From Utricularia gibba (Eukaryota > Plantae > Magnoliophyta), in NCBI GenBank assembly GCA_002189035.1, contig CM007992.1, forward strand, positions 992,001 to 1,056,000: DNA of 64,000 nucleotides. The letters run 5' to 3'. The notes beneath the pieces were generated by a model. It had not been told where the DNA came from. It ran no database searches and was given only the letters and a program-made list of their open reading frames with translations. Positions within the stretch are counted from its first letter, which is position 1. Each line of letters starts with the position of its first letter. Shown one piece after another: positions 11,857-30,891 of the stretch. The position numbers and the translations under genes were made by a program.

Positions 11857-12201
11857 ATGTTAAAAAAAAAGATTTTATAAAGTATGAATATGTGTCATAC
11901 GTTCTCATAATATTTAATATAATTACAGTATTAATAATTCTAAACTGTGATTAATTAACTGATAAGCACTGACAAACATTCTTGTTACACATGTCGTTAA
12001 TAAAAACGAGCAGATCCGATGGAGAAGACGCAGGATCCCGCGAGGAGAGCAGAGCATGAGCAATCTCTACCGCGGCGCCGTCCTCTGCAAATCCACTGCG
12101 ACGCGAGAGGTAGCTTCGATTATACGTTTCGAATTACAGTATCTGATGAGATCAGTCTCTGCTGCTTCAATCTTCGCGAGCTCCGAGATCTGAATTGATA
12201 G
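11857..12201 (-). pseudogene. Duplicated 3' fragment of RUNKEL (last about 44 codons plus 3' flank)
   Basis: 12200-12067 translates SIQISELAKIEAAETDLIRYCNSKRIIEATSRVAVDLQRTAPR*, versus RUK SIQASELAKIDAAVMDLKGCDSKRIVEAASRVAVDLQRMTRR*. The 3' flank matches 14881-15080. No upstream exons. Confidence 0.9.
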
Positions 12202-12451
12202 GATGAGAAGCAGCGGTTGAGGATCAATGAGGGCTGATGAGGAGATTATTCCTTAGGCATGACTCTGTACCTGGGCTGGATCCCAATGTACGAGAGCTCA
12301 GGGGGTGTCAGTAGGAGGATTGTGGGATTGCAGGATATATTAAGATAATAGGGTTCATGGGTGTTTAAGAGACTGGGGGTATTAAATGGAACGATTTTGT
12401 GCTGAAAATTTGGGCTTTCGGTTCTTGCAGAGTTTCCTCAGGGATCAATGA
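12202..12451 (+). pseudogene. Duplicated 3' fragment of BAG5 exon 2, frameshifted
   Basis: Aligns to 8240-8515 (QRLRINEG, DSVPGLDPNVRELR, RRIVGLQDI) with several indels and stops. Ends in MERFCAENLGFRFLQSFLRDQ* (12386-12451). Confidence 0.9.
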
Positions 12452-12681
12452 TCGTAGACGGGTCCCCTCCTGTTGCAGTTGCAGTTGAACATGCACATGG
12501 TACATATTCTACGCTTTGAGGTTTTGAAGCCAGGAGAAGGAAAAACAAATGAAAAAAAGAGGGTCTGGTAGTTACACTTGGATCAATGGGATAGAACATA
12601 GTTTTTATTCATGAAAACTGAAGAACACCACTGTTATTCCAAGGCAAGGAAAGGGGAAGTGAACAACATCATTCACAGCTC

Positions 12682-13996
12682 TTAATATGTGGAGGCGAAG
12701 TTGTGGTTGGAGCATGTGGTTCCATGGTCAAGCAACGAGTGGCTAAAGCCTAGTCTGGATCGAGCATTGTCAAACTCCAACAGGGTGTCCTCAATCTGAA
12801 GCCCTCCGATGATGATTGCAGCAGGCTCAAATGTATTTACTTCTGCGAATCCCAGACAAGCCACATTTTCATTCACCTGTACCAGCGAATTCGACCCTGT
12901 TATCGTCCAAGTAGGCCGATTTGCACCTTCCAGTTCGAGGTTGATGTGCGGAACCAATCTGGATGTCTTTGTTGTGTGGAAGCACACGTCGAATGGAGCG
13001 ACAGCAGGAACCACCCGTCTGATGTTCCTGGACTCCGCCTCTCTGATGAAAGCAGAGGTCAGTGCTCTGTAAATCGAGGGATGTAGCAGACTGAAACGAT
13101 TCACTGTACTGATCTTCGTCCCCCCTCCCCATTTCTTTGGATCGTAAGCAGAGTTGTGTTGATTGGGATCGGATGGCTCCCGACGGTAATGGACCTTACT
13201 CCGATGAAGTATTCGACAGATCTCTGCACTCCGTGGCCCATCGCATTACTCACGGGGTTGATGTAGAGAGGAGTATAAGTCAGCAAGGTGGATGATGTTA
13301 ATCCAGTAATTACGTTGAAGGGGGTGCTTCCGAATACTATGAGTCCCGGTCGTTGGTGCGCCGTAGACGACGGCAGACAGACGACGAACCTCCTGGGAAA
13401 GCTGAATGTGGCTGCGAGCTGCTGGGCAGGACTGGCTGTGGAACGGCCTAATCCGATAACGCCGGTGGCGCCAGCAGCAAGTTCAGGTTGAATGTTCATC
13501 CCACCACAAACGAACAAGAAGTTGTGTACAACAACTAGAGGTCCGGGGTGGGATCCTTCGACGGAAGCAAGGGAAATGACGTCCTGCGCAACCTCACCGC
13601 TGGTGATGATGCGACTGAAGGGATTGGCCGGAAAGGCGCTACAGGTGTGGTTATTGCATCCGGGTCCTGGAGGTCCATTGCAGCTACCCCCACAACCGGA
13701 GCCCGGGGAGGCTATTTGGCAAGCGGCGGAGTTGCAGTAAGGAGCTCTGTAGGAGGAGGAGACGTAGTTGCTCTCACAGTTGACCCACAAATGCCCGCCC
13801 CCAGATTAACTGCCAGGGTGATTGGTACAAATGGGGTTCTTTGTCGGAGACGGGTGAGGTATTGGCTTGTGGCAGCATCTTTGGTGACCGGGAGAGCCAC
13901 CGCGCGCGGCCGGAAGGAGCTCTGGGCGGCTGCGGAGCCAAGGAGGAGCAGCAAACCAGAAACGATGAAGCAGACAAGCTTCTCTGGAGTCCCCAT
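12682..13996 (-). CDS. XEGIP/EDGP-like protein, copy 2; intronless, about 438 aa after restoring two bases
   Basis: Same architecture and 12 Cys as copy 1. Two -1 shifts, both in C runs (13798-13802 and 13120-13125); restoring them gives NLGGGHLWVNC and GEGGTKISTVNRF. Confidence 0.85.
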
Positions 13997-15082
13997 TTCT
14001 CTCTCTACAAGACGGTGAGCTGATCTGAGGTGATGTGATCCGATCCTCTCCAGTCTTGCTGCTTATAAAGGGACCGAAGCAGTGGGGTGTTGGAGGGAAG
14101 AATGAATGAAATGGGTTGGTTTGCTGTTTGAAAAGGAGCAGTCTTTTCAACTGCAGCCGATCAAATCTGACCCACGGAATCATCCAACCCACAGAAGATG
14201 CTCAGTGGCCGTGGGGCTGCCCTAGAAACCCCGTGCGGGGTTTTAGAATCCATTGTATTTGAACATTTTAGGGGTGCGCTTGCTCTGGGTGCCAATATAA
14301 TACACTATTTTGAAACAAGGATCAACTTCTTAGGGGGAACCAAAAGGAACTCCACTCACACCGTGTGGATAAACTTAGAAGCAATTTGCATGTATATTGG
14401 TATCAATTCCGTCCGACACGTTTGCGGGAAGTGGGCTGTCACCTTCCCAATCCCCGACAAGGTTACATATATATATACTAAGAGAGTTGAAAAGTAATCA
14501 TACTATTATTATCGTGTGTGAAAAATAAACATTCTATCTATAAAATTTTTATCTCAATGTGTGAAAAAGAATTATGAAATGATTATTTTTCAAAAAGACT
14601 CCCAAGAATCATACTTGACAAAGACTAATAAGAACGAAAACTCTCCTAAGGTTGGTAGATTTTGAAAAATAACTCTCCTTATTTTCTTTTTTTTTATACA
14701 TTAAGATCAATTTTTTTTATACATACTCAAAGAAGTATGGTTACTTTTGTAATTTATTCCCCAAGTTACGACAAACTGGGATTGTATAATCCAAGTAGGG
14801 TTTCTCTTATTATTTCCATTGCGCAATGGAGACTCTTAGAGTTTTTTCTCCTTCACTTTCCCCAACCCAAAATGTTTAGCATATGTTAACAAAAAATGTT
14901 TTATAAAGTATGAATTCGTATATATTCTTATTATATTTAATATAATTGCAATATTAATTACTCCAAATTGTGATTATTTAAGTAAACTGATAAGCACTGG
15001 CAAAACCTTCTTGTTACACATTGCGTCATATAAAAACAAGAAGTCCGATACAGAAGAAGAAGACACAGAATCTTAGCAATCT

Positions 15083-20406
<5,324 letters not shown>

Positions 20407-21760
20407 GCTCTCAATTCCCCAAATGCCACTGAACCTCTAATCTATGTGTTCCAATCCGCGCCACTGGGAAACGAAGCCACCAAGCCAGAAAGCGAATCCC
20501 TAGTCCAGCACAAAACGCATCAAAACTTCAAACGTTGAATAAGAAAAAGAGCAAGTAAGAGGCACGCATCTCAAAAGAACAGAATTAAAACATTATCAAC
20601 TCAAAAATTAATATATCCACCCAAAGAAGTCCTTTGAAACTCTTCAGCAACTCAAAATTGCGCCGGCAACGCCGTGGGTCACAGGGAGAAGAACAGAAGC
20701 AGTTTCACAAGATCTGAAATCCAAGAGTCGTCGCTCGGTTTCACAAACAAGGGAGCTTCGGCATTCGCACTCACTGAAGTTTCGCGTCGTGGTGCAGCTC
20801 TTCGAGCGGGGAGACAAATTCAAATGCCGAGGACCAAACGATAGACTCAAAGATTCCCAACCGGTTACACGTGTTCCAGTAATTCGCTTCAAATGATCAC
20901 AGACAACCGTTTATTATATTTCCTATTTTTTTCGAAATAAAATATGTATTGAAAATTTTGTTTTTTTTTTGTGAAAATTGTTGAAAAAGGATATATTGTT
21001 GAGTTCTTTGCAATAATTAAATATAAAATCAATAAAGTAACATTTAATTAAAATTTAAATATTATCTTTAAATAAAATTTTATTTTAGGATTTTATCTTT
21101 GTAAGATCAATTCTAGTAACATGGACAATCAGGACACTGAGAAAAGTAAAGAAGCTTACTGATTATTGTCTTTTATGTACATAATAGAATAATATCAATA
21201 TAATGATTCATATTCTTCTTACAATATTATTAATTTTTTTCAATTCTTACAATTTTACATTCTAAATTTCTTGAAAAAAAAATCTTATATAATATTTAAA
21301 TGATATCTCTATTTAATCATATATTCTTTCTCATTGATAACTAATGTAAAATATATTCACAAACCTCCAAGCTTAAAACAAGGTCATTGCAAATATTCGA
21401 TCTTCTTTCAAAACGAAAGGAGAAATGCACAATCAACTCAGAAAGGAGAGCTCATGGCAGTTTTTTTTTTTTTTTTTTTCAAAACAGCAGTTGAAGGGTG
21501 ATTAGCAATGAACTAGGAAGGGAGAGCTTATGATAGCTTTTGCAGAATAGCAGTTGAAAAGCAACAGTTATTTCATGACAAACAACAAGGTGAATCCATG
21601 GCAGAGTTCAAGTAGAGAAGTGTGTTCTAAGAAGTGCATTCTTCGTCCCAACCTTGGGTTCCCTAGTGTCATATAATTGAGAACCAACGACCAGCAACAT
21701 AAGACATCGAAAAGAGACTGAAACCAAGTGCTTCGATGGCGATGGTGGTGGACCTTTGGC

Positions 21761-23401
21761 TCATGTTGGGAGCCATTCTTTCTTGATGTCAAATGTGTAG
21801 TTCAACTCCAAGTAGCATCTGTCATCATCATCAAGAAACTGCATACAGGAGCAGAAACATGGTCTCAGAGGGACGAGTTCACAAGAAGAGAAACTAATCA
21901 TTTCTAGCTGCACAAAAATCAGTATATCAAGAAGGCTATAAGTTGCACCACCATTAACACGTTTGAAACATGCAAATATATAATATCCTAATGTCGATTA
22001 CAGATGACTTCGGTGATGTGGTTACCTGGGTTTTTGCGGAATAAGATCCCCTGGCAAATATGCCAGAGGGGGTAGTCTCTTCAGGCATTTCATGTGTGTA
22101 AGGATCAGCCTGAGGACTGAAGGTTCCAATCATCTCTCTTGTGTTATCCACTGAATACAACATTCAATGATGTTGATGATCATCATTCAAAAAAGTGTAA
22201 AAACAAGGAGCAGTGAAACTAACCTCTCATGCCAGTTTTCCAAACAGTGTTCCTATACTTCAAGCCTGATACAATATTGCTGCTGACCTCGAATGTAAAC
22301 TGAAGACTATAACGGCTTCCCTCCTTCAGCACAAACCATGTACCCTTTGGATTTCCATCCCCCGGAATAGGAAGAACAATGTCAGTCCTACCAGGGGATT
22401 TGATGGCAAGGCTCAGGATCCTCACTTCAGGATCAAGTGTTTCTTCAGCACAGACATTATAAAGATTTCGGTTACTAGAAAATAAATGGAAAGCTCTGCA
22501 AAATGCATTTCAATTCAGGAAGAACAGCTGAACACATTAGCAAATGCTAAAACGCACGACGTTGTAACTTCTCAAAGAGAGGTACTTTGCGAGTTTCTAA
22601 ACTGAATACAATGCGTCTAATGCTGCCAAATGGGTTTGCTCTTTCCATCCCTCCTACAATGTAGGTTTATAACCAGCAGAATACAACTAGTACGCCACAA
22701 ACTCATACAGTAATAAATTACGCAGAGAATGGACACTTCATTTGGGTAGCTTACAGTTTACATTCCTCCTTAAAATGGCTTAAGTTATGATTCAGTTATT
22801 GTCAAGATCTCTAATCCCTACTTCCCATGTTTCGTTTCATTCTACACCTCATCCATTTCCACTAACTTTTTCAAACGGAAAACCACAAAAAGATCTATCC
22901 CAAGCAAAAATCCCAGATAAATAACATCGGTGCTCAAGTTTTATCTCCAAGCAACAATCCAACATAAAGAATGATGAAAAAGTGGATAACGAATCAGAGT
23001 TAAAAGTAAAAAAGAAAACCACCTCCAACAGAGCTCATATCCACACTCCCCAGAAGCTGTTCCTTCCACCTTCTCAAGCTTTCATCATCCTGCAATCTCA
23101 GATGGGAAAGTAAATTAACCAGGACAATAACAGGAAAGGAAACAGAAGAAATCAGAAAAAGAACCTTGTCCTTCTCAGACAATTCCTTGAGCGTGCATTG
23201 CGGACCCAACTGAATCCTAGCCTCATTGTCATCCTCATCTTCATCCTCAGTTGTGTACAGAGAACTCTCACTCATTTGCCTAGTAACCGTAGTCTCATTC
23301 GCATGATCCATTCCAGTATCCGGGTTCGCAGACACAGACCCAGGATTGCTCTGATCCAGGCCCAGATTCCCCTCCTCCCCCTTATTATCTTCAAAACCCA
23401 T
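21761..23401 (-). CDS. Rho GDP-dissociation inhibitor (RopGDI, SCN1 family), 5 exons, about 241 aa
   Basis: Exons 23401-23165, 23089-23023, 22442-22224, 22150-22026 and 21838-21761. KDKDDESLRRWKEQLLG, LKEGSRYSLQFTF, EETTPSGIFARGSYSAKT and YTFDIKKEW present. Confidence 0.93.
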
Positions 23402-24750
23402 AACTCACCGAATAAACGCTCAAACAACCACAGATACCAACGACAAAAATTTAACACATTCGTTCGAATAAGTGACTCCAAACAGCCATTAAAACAGAAA
23501 TCAGCAACACATATAAGAAGATATCAGCAAACAAAGAATCACAATACGGAAAATAAGGATCAAACAGAAGCCGGAAAAGCAATGCAGGAAGAGCTAGAAA
23601 AGAACAAACAACCAGAGAAACGCAATCAAAGCAGGAAACCGAAATACAAGGATTTTTCTAGGGAAGTTGCGCTCCAGAGGATAGCAATTGAAGCCTTTCC
23701 AGTGGTGATCCGTGAATTTTCAAAGCGAAAGGAAGGCAAGTTCCCAAAATAACCGATTAACTGGCACTGTAATAAAAAAACAATTTTCCTTTTCTTTTCC
23801 GATTTCATTGTTTTTTATAGTAATTTATTAAATTAGTGCGAATAATAATAATAAATTATTATATTTATTGACAAGGCATAATAAATTTTTTAAAAAAATT
23901 GGAAATCGTGTTGAATATAATTAATTACACTGTCATGATTCACTTCAAACATAATTGATACTATTATTTAGAGTGAACATTGCAAAAACAATATTTTAAG
24001 TTTAAAAAAAATAAATTAACGTATTTATAACCTAATTTTGAAACTTAGTAATTAAAATATTTATATTAACAAACTCCATCCATTATTTAAAACATACTAT
24101 ATTGTTAGAGAATATCGAAAAAAAAGATTAAAACTCTTAAAAGTTTGATGTAAACAAAAAGGATCAATTTGAAGGTTATAAGTTTCAAAATCTTGATCAT
24201 TACTAACAAAATATTTTTTCATTAGGAACAAAAAGGATGAATTTGAAAATTATAGATTTCAAGATCTCGATAGTAATAAAATAAAATATTTTATTTTTAT
24301 TTTAAAAATAATTTTATTATTAACTTTAAACGACTTTTATCACAATAATTCAAAAGTTTATAAGCATTTTTTATTTTAAAAAATTATAAATTTTTTTAGC
24401 AAAATCAATTCTTGAAAAAAGTAAACTCAACTGCAACACTCATCCAAACACCCCTTATCCTCCAAATGATCAGCCAATGCCACACCTTTGAGTTTTGACA
24501 GCGCCTGAAATTTTTACAGGAGAAGAGGAAAAACAGACTATCAAGACACAGCTATATTTACCCTTGATGCCTGAAAGTTAACCCCATATGAACAATTTTC
24601 AACCAACAAAAAAAGGGTACTAGGCTCAAACTGAGACAGACAAATTGCACCACACACCAGTTTGAGACAGAGTCTCACCATCTGTTATGTACATAACAAG
24701 GATTCCAACTACATCTATGTGCACAAGAGTCCCCCCAAACCTGATTGCTT

Positions 24751-27700
24751 TCACCAAGTGCCAAAGCTGAAACCGATATGCTCCTGAGTGATGATATGAA
24801 GGCGATCGCGCAGTGTTGAAAACGAAGGGTATTCGGGGAAACACAACCGGTAAAAGCATGTATGCGAGGTTGGGAGATGGTGGTAGGGCTCAGATGACCT
24901 GTAGATGTAGAGGTGAGATGCCAGGCCACGGAAACCTTCAACAGGGAGGAATTTGATGGAGGTCCAGAAGAAGAGCAGGACCTTCTTCTGATCTGGGGTC
25001 ATGTTCTCAATAACCTGAAAGAGCAGCACGGTAATATGGATCACTTTGGACTCAAAATAAGAGCAGCCATGTGACGTTGGATTGAAAAAGCTTAGGAAAA
25101 CTTACATCCCAGAACCAGGATATCTGAGCGTCGGTTTCTTGGAACCCATGATACTCTGTATGTGCTTTCCAATCACCCACGCAGATATCCTTTTCACTAC
25201 CATATAAGATGGCATCAAAGTCTTCAGGATACAGGGCTTTGAAGAAGGATCTCGTGAGGTCCCTGGAACCCATGATATCTGTGAAACCTTCGACAAAATG
25301 TTCAACTTGCTCAGCGATAGAAGTGACAAAACGATGTTGAATGAGACAATCAACATATTGCTCCCTGTTTTCACTGTTCACAGCCATATCTTTCCCACCG
25401 TTACAGAGCTCAACAATGTTCCTACTTCCCAACTCCTCAACTTCATAAACAAACGTTAGCCCCAAGGCATCTTCGACAACATCAGGATCCATGCTCAGAA
25501 TCTGCTTGCAGCTTCTGTACATGTAAGGATCTGCATCCCTTATATCTTCTAGAGTAATTTGTTGCCCAGCCAACAGCAAAAAGAAAACACGGTCAAAAAC
25601 CATGCCAATTTGTATATTGTGCATCAAGGCTAAGGCAATCATCCTCCCAGAGAACTTGAAATAGTCAAGGTGCAAGGGATCCACCTTAGATGCTGCAATA
25701 CAATGTTTAGGGAAAAAATGACTTTCAACTCATTAGTCACAAAGTATACACAGACTGCCATGTAGCAGTGAAGTTTGAGAAAAGTGAAGTGCTTTAGTAG
25801 TATGGAATGCATATAAAATGGAAGCAGTGATAAACACTTCGTTTCAAAATTTCTCTCAAGATCCATATGTCTACCCTTGAAAATTGAGGTGTCATATCCA
25901 TAAAACAGAGATGTGCTGAATATCTGCAAGTAATATTATTCACTTATCCAGTAATTCAAAGATCTACAATTCATAGGACTATGTTTTGCTGTATAAGTTG
26001 GTCATAACCTTTTAGGTCCATCAGCACATCTCACGTGGCATCAAAAATCATCCATTTCACAACGTTTGAAGATATGTGTATGGGAAGCAACAGGAAGGAT
26101 CGAACCATTTATGTAAAGTTTTAGTAAAGGAAAAGGGAAGAAACATTCAGCGAGCAGTTCAAATGCGGTCACTTGGTATACTGGATAAGGTACATTCTGA
26201 ATGACTAATCACATATGTACATGGCTTGAGAACAACTAATAAAAAGAAAACAAGCCACTGCCTAGGATCCAGCAAGAAAAGTAAGAAGGCTATACATCAT
26301 AGTTTTCCTGAAAACTAATTAATCAATCCCCTAAGACATGCAAAAAATTTCCATATTCTAAGAACAAAAATTCCTAATGCATTTAGTGTACCTAAAAGAG
26401 CTCAATTAGAACAAATGTTTGTCAATGCTGAATTATCTATCAACTCTTCCCAAGATGTAAAATCCTAGCTAGTCCCATCATCCACTAACTAAGAAGTTCA
26501 CGGAAGGCTCATGCCATTCAACACCTTGGGCCCAAAGATGGTCAGAAAATTTTATTATAATGTAAGATAGGTTCTTTCGTGGAAAAAGAAGAAAAAAGCT
26601 GGCAAAGGAAGTTCATTAACAATACAAGAAAATGCTAAAAACGTAGAAAAAAACATGGCAGGCATGCTAATACACACAGTTTTCTCTATTTACACAAAAA
26701 ACAAGAGCATGAATTTAGGGAACACTCCAGAAATCTGTTGGATGACAACATAGGTCATGAAAATACCCAATCAATAATAACTATATACGATGATGTCACA
26801 TCACTCGTAATGTTAACTGGCAATCAGCCATAATCAACTTGTGTGCAGACTAAAATGATTTCCAAAGGCTCTAAAAAAATATTTAAAAGAAACCTTTGTC
26901 CAACATAATAAAAAAATCTAATAACTTTTTATAAATGGAGATGCAGCATCGCACCTGGATTTGGAAAGAACCTTCTATGATCACCAGGACAGGCGACAAA
27001 AAGGGCATTTTGAGGATTGAATAGTGCCTGGCAAACTACCAAAAACCACTCACGCAGAATACCAGGGCCAGTTGCTTCCTCGTTCTTGAACTCCATGAAC
27101 AACCCAGCACGCAAAGAGTCTGGATCACCACGTGCAATGTACTCAAAGGATTCTGATAGCAAGTTTTCGCGGTCAATGAGCATTTCATGCAGCTCCTCAA
27201 GCTCATCTTTTACCTCAGGAAGCAACAGCATAGTTAAATGCCTCCTTGACTCAAAGCTCGTCAATTCCTTGTGCTGCATAATCCACCTATGGTCATCAGA
27301 TCTCTTTGCATCCCTGACAACAAGATAACCGACAACATCCTTTCTACGATTCACAGTTTCCCAGAACACCTCTTTGCATTCAGGAAAAACGTCTGATATG
27401 CTAGCCAATTCTTTCATAATAGCGAGATAGTGGCAACTCACTTGTAAGGGTGAACCATCAGTCCCTCTCAATTTCAAATTTTCATCAACCTTCCCTAAAC
27501 ACACGTCTAATTTGGACAGCAGATCTTCAAAGATCCCATGCAGAGTAGCAATCGCCTCTGGGTAGAATAAAGGTCCCTTACAAGGATCATTTATCAAGGA
27601 AACCTCAATATGGCAAAGCAAATTGTTGTCTTGCACCATTGTATTCCTCATGACGGCCAGAAGTTTGGAGAAGTCGCCAACAACCTCATCTAAAGGCCAT

Positions 27701-28635
27701 TCCAGAGAGAAATTTGGCTGCAAGGATGACACCAATGCACTGGATAGATTGGCAGCAAGCTCACTAACAAATGGATATACATCGATAATCCAAAACAGCT
27801 CCCTGCCTTTTAAATCAAAAGATCCAATCATCGCAGCCAGAGTGCTTCGACACAAACAGTACAACCTATCCTCAATTCCAGTGGCCCTTTTCAGCAATCT
27901 ACAAAACTCTAAAATAATTGGGATGAAGCGATCATAAGTACCACTAGGCAAAATAATCTTACTACGCGTTATAAACTGTCTAATTGCGTCTTCGCCAACC
28001 TCCTTGTTAGGTTTATGATTATTCACATAGAGCATAACCAGAGCTTCTGGGGCAGAAGATGCACTCAAAATTTGCAAATGCTCCGACGCCTTTTTACTGT
28101 CCTTTGGGGTCATCGATAAGAATTCCAAAAGCATACTCCTGATGCTCTTGTTAGGCTGCGGAGGCAAATTCAACGGCAACGAATTATTTTTCAGAAGGTA
28201 AAAGACGGAGGAAACAACATCATTAACCAGTTGCCACGCTAGTGGATGACCAGTGCTCCTCATCCTACCAACCAAATGCAGGTTCGCATCCTTTTGCACG
28301 TCGCATCCAGCAAGAGTCTGTTCCCACTGCAACTGTTTCCCACGGTATATCAGCCTCTGTTCAGTCACCGGGATCCCAGTAATCTTACGAATTTTACAAT
28401 GAACAGACTCAACAGTGTCCCCAGGATCAGCGTGAAGCACAAGAGTGTTATGGGTAAAAGTCCTGACGAAGAATTGGAGACCAGAACCGAAGGACGATCG
28501 CGTCGTGGGCGATGGCGGAGGAGACGCGGCAAGTGGAATCTGGTCTTTGCGCATCCCGGTGGGGCTCGTGGGGATACCTCCAAAAGCTTCATCGGCATAA
28601 TCATCAAGCTTTCGCTTCGATATAGGCGACGCCAT
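24751..28635 (-). CDS. UPL5: HECT E3 ubiquitin ligase UPL5 (N-terminal ubiquitin-like domain), 3 exons, about 843 aa
   Basis: Exons 28635-26955, 25692-25106 and 25014-24751. Ub-like domain (QFFVRT..EQRLIYRGKQL..LHLVGRMRST), FKNEEATGPGILREWF, and HECT catalytic motif LPTSHTCFYRL. Confidence 0.95.
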
Positions 28636-30891
28636 GGGGCTTCTAGCAAGGGAAGGCTAATGATCCCATGAACCGGAACAATCACCCAGCACAACACAGA
28701 CGTTGCCCGGGTACCGAGAAATTTTCTTGATGGTTGACGACTAGCGAAGGGGAAGAAGAAAGAAACAAGTGCCTGTCTGTGTCCCTCTGCAAGAAAAATT
28801 ACATATCTTCTTTTTTATTCAATTAAATAAATACATTTTTTTATTTTTTTAATTAAAAAATACAAAATAATATAGACGGCAAGGCATTGATTCCAAAGAT
28901 CTCTAAAATCATTACCAAACTCTATGCAAAATGTGACCGTTTTTTATAAAACGATTATGTGATTTATTTATAAATTACATTTAATATGATATTAAATGGG
29001 GAAAATTATATATTATTCATAAATCAACAAAATATACCCTAAATTCAAATTACAAAAAAAAAAACGTATTTAAAAACTCTAACGTCAGTAACGACCTCTG
29101 CACCCATGATTTGAGAATGACGAAACAAGCGTTACCAGTTCTCTTTACCTAACAACTTAATTGTTCTTTTTTAATAAAATATAAATTGAATTATCTATAA
29201 TCTATTGAAAATAAGACTAGGGGTCTGCTCTGTTTTTTTAATATTTCATCTTATTATTTATAATAAAACTAGTTTTAAAAATTTATGGATAATTTGTAAT
29301 TTTAAATTATAAAATTAATTTATTAGATAATATAAAATTATATTATACATTGTAGTATATAATTTAATATGAATAATAGAAATGAATTTTTAAAATGTAT
29401 ATAAATAAAATGGTATAATTTTTTCATTAATTTTTAATATAAGTACTTAAATAGAATTTCAAGAAATTAATAATTTATAAAAAAACACTAATTTTTAATT
29501 TTCTCATATAATAGATTAAGAATGAAAATTATAAAAATTAAAAAGAATCACATCTAGTTTATAGAATAAGTCTGTTTTTAGAGTTTTAATCTTCGAAGGT
29601 AAAAATCACTTATATTTGATAATAAAATTATTTTTTCATAAATAGAAACTATTCTAAATGATTGCTAAATATCAATCCCCAAACTATTAGCAATTTTAAT
29701 TTTTTTAATTCATGAATTTGGTTTCAATATCTTTGATATATTCATATTGTTGAGTTACTATCTACTATATGTTATTTTAGCAATCAATTTTGGTTTTATG
29801 TATATTTATAATGTTTAGCTATGTTATAGCATGCTTAAATAAGATTCTTATTTGAATGCAGCATTCGATCCAACTTAATCCAATCTAAAATTCTCGACTT
29901 CTATAGATAACTTATGGAAATGAAGTTTTAGAAGAAAATTGAAATATAATTTTTAGGATTGTAATTAGATGCGTATTTGATAAGATAATTTAATTAATGA
30001 CGTTTTTTTTGCCTTATATGATTGTTGAAGCTACATAAACGCTTTATGTTAGACGTAATTTTTAATACATACATATGTGTTAAAACGTAAATAAGTCGGA
30101 TAAACATGATTTAAAAGTAGTGACATCAAAATATCATAAAATAATTTTATAATGGTTAATAGTCTAAAACAATTTAATTACGATTTTAATAATTCTACCG
30201 CGAAATTTGACCGTATCATTTCCAAAGGTGGGCTAAAGTCAAATTGAAAAGTCCAGCTTCCTTGTTTAGTAAGGAGCCCTTGACGCAGTCCAAATTTACC
30301 GATTACCGGCTTGTTCGGTTCTCGAACCTAACCCTCGTGGCTCGGGTCCTCCTCCGGGCCCGCCAGGAACATAGACCGCGGAGTCTCCGCGGATACTTTA
30401 TCCCAAATTAGATCGAACTAGGGCTTCTGATTCCGGAACGGAAGCGTCGACGTTCGAGCTGAATTCCGCTAAAGAAACGCTTTTGCAGGTAGAAAGTTCT
30501 ATTGCTGATCGAGGGTCTCGACACGGGGTTTATTAGAAACCGGAATACTTTTGGCTCGCTCTTTCATTTGTAGGGGTGAGTTTTCTTTAGCAACGTTTTT
30601 TCTTGAATCCTGGGAAAAAAGACTAAACCTGTACCTGCGAACTATTCTGAGGTTGCTGAAAATTTGTCTTGTTACGTAGATGCGGTGATCTTGATGTTAA
30701 GCATATGCGTTTTAAAGAATTATATGTTGGGTATTCGTAGTTTCTGAGCTTCATTTGTATTTGTTTTTGCTGAACTGGGTTAAATCTTTCAAAGGATCAA
30801 GGATGTTTTTACTTTATAGCTGATGCTGATATCACTTTCTCTGCCACTGCAATGTATTTATATGTATTCTGTGTCACGTAGAATTTTTCCA

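Noticed and set aside
20907-20911. MSA core (AACGG, minus strand) upstream of the mitotic gene RUK
   Set aside because: A single 5-nt core is expected by chance, whereas MSA regulation normally involves repeats.
30376-30392. Perfect 8+1+8 palindrome CCGCGGAG-T-CTCCGCGG near the OBE transcription start; also a C14 run at 32171-32184
   Set aside because: Short isolated features with no supporting evidence of function.
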